From: an archaeon GW2011_AR10
GTDB taxonomy: Archaea > Iainarchaeota > Iainarchaeia > Iainarchaeales > GW2011-AR10
DNA: 32,000 nt
Assembly: GCA_000830275.1 (NCBI GenBank)
Contig: CP010424.1
Location: 1,110,001-1,142,000 of the forward strand
Direction of reading: 5' to 3'
Shown: positions 31,225 through 32,000 of the stretch, one piece after another
How positions within the stretch are numbered: position 1 is the first letter of the stretch
Layout of the letters: each line of letters begins with the position of its first letter
Position numbers and translations under genes: made by a program
The notes under the pieces: generated by a model
Database searches by the model: none
Seen by the model: only the letters and a program-made list of their open reading frames with translations
What the model was told of the DNA's origin: nothing

Positions 31225-32000
31225 ACCTCCAACTCCAAGAAATCTTTTGCAACCGTGACATTATTGAATTCGGTTCTTGCCTCGTTCTCCAGCTTGTCTT
31301 CCTCCTTGTGCCTTGCGCTTATATGCCATAGCACCAAGTGCTTGCACCTTGTCTGCTCTGCAACCATTCCAGCCTGCTTTGCAGTTGAGTGCTTCGTTTC
31401 CAGTGCGCGCTGCGTCAGCTTCTCACTGAATGTTGCCTCGTGCACTAATACATCAGATTCCTTTATTTCGTTGAAGTAATTTTTGCTTGGCTTGGTGTCA
31501 AACACGAAACTGATTTTTTTTCCTTTCTTTGCCTTCGAGGCATCAATTACCTGCTCTGGCCTGAACTTTTTTCCGTTGACTTCCACCACCTCGCCTTTCT
31601 GGAGTCTGCTCCACAAATGCCCTTCAGGAATTCCAAGAGCCAATGCATTTTTCCTGCTGAACTCGCCCACCTTATCCTTTTCTTTGAACGCGTATCCAAA
31701 GCAGGGAACATCATGCTCTAAAGGAAAAGCCCTCACACTATAGTTTTCTTCCTCCACAACATTTCCTTTCCTTACTTCTTTTGCTTTAACCTCAAAAGTC
31801 AGGCGCATCAGTGCAGCGTTCAAGATTTTGTCAACTCTTTCCTTGACTCCGCGCGGCCCAAAAATCGTTATGGGGTAATCGCGCTGGTGAATGCTCATTG
31901 TTGCAAGCAATCCCGGCAAGCCAAGGAAGTGGTCTGCATGGAAATGCGAAATAAAAATGTACCTTATTTTCAGCATTGACACATTGCAGTGCATCATCTG
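31221..32000 (-). CDS. rnz: ribonuclease Z (tRNA 3' endonuclease), 5' end outside window
   Basis: IFISHFHADHFLGLPGLL (HxHxDH) and the downstream RNase Z pattern. The frame stays open to the window edge upstream of the track ATG 31997. 4-nt overlap with the downstream gene. Confidence 0.85.
   Translation of the reverse strand, partial: QMMHCNVSMLKIRYIFISHFHADHFLGLPGLLATMSIHQRDYPITIFGPRGVKERVDKILNAALMRLTFEVKAKEVRKGNVVEEENYSVRAFPLEHDVPCFGYAFKEKDKVGEFSRKNALALGIPEGHLWSRLQKGEVVEVNGKKFRPEQVIDASKAKKGKKISFVFDTKPSKNYFNEIKESDVLVHEATFSEKLTQRALETKHSTAKQAGMVAEQTRCKHLVLWHISARHKEEDKLENEARTEFNNVTVAKDFLELEV

Overview
Compact archaeal chromosome segment, probably DPANN-like. Evidence: Orc1/Cdc6, RFC large subunit, Cdc48, archaeal two-subunit PheRS, a tRNA intron with a bulge-helix-bulge (BHB) motif, class III signal-peptide pilins, and genes that abut or overlap. 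I call about 37 protein genes. These include topA, cdc48, orc1/cdc6, rfcL, pheS/pheT, a TGS-domain GTPase, RNase Z, an M50 protease, Lrp/ArsR/PadR regulators, a six-gene pilin-like cluster and a large Cys-rich adhesin. There is also one tRNA-Gly(CCC) with a 112-nt intron, a decayed IS4/IS5-type element whose transposase core is replaced by an Mrr endonuclease gene, and a DUF3368-PIN/UPF0175 toxin-antitoxin cassette bracketed by 99-bp direct repeats beside orc1/cdc6. The most unusual content is non-coding. The few long intergenic gaps hold three families of short hairpin or palindrome modules. Family 1: ~44-bp palindromic modules with co-varying stems in two homologous arrays (10.55 kb and 29.6 kb). 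Family 2: 40-41-bp tandem units built on the palindrome CCTTTTAAAAAAAGG (11.8 kb, at a strand-switch point, and 27.9 kb). Family 3: a two-hairpin module found once inside the tRNA-Gly intron and two to three more times in the tRNA 3' trailer. All functional interpretations of these repeats are hypotheses. No cas genes, rRNA or CRISPR array are present.
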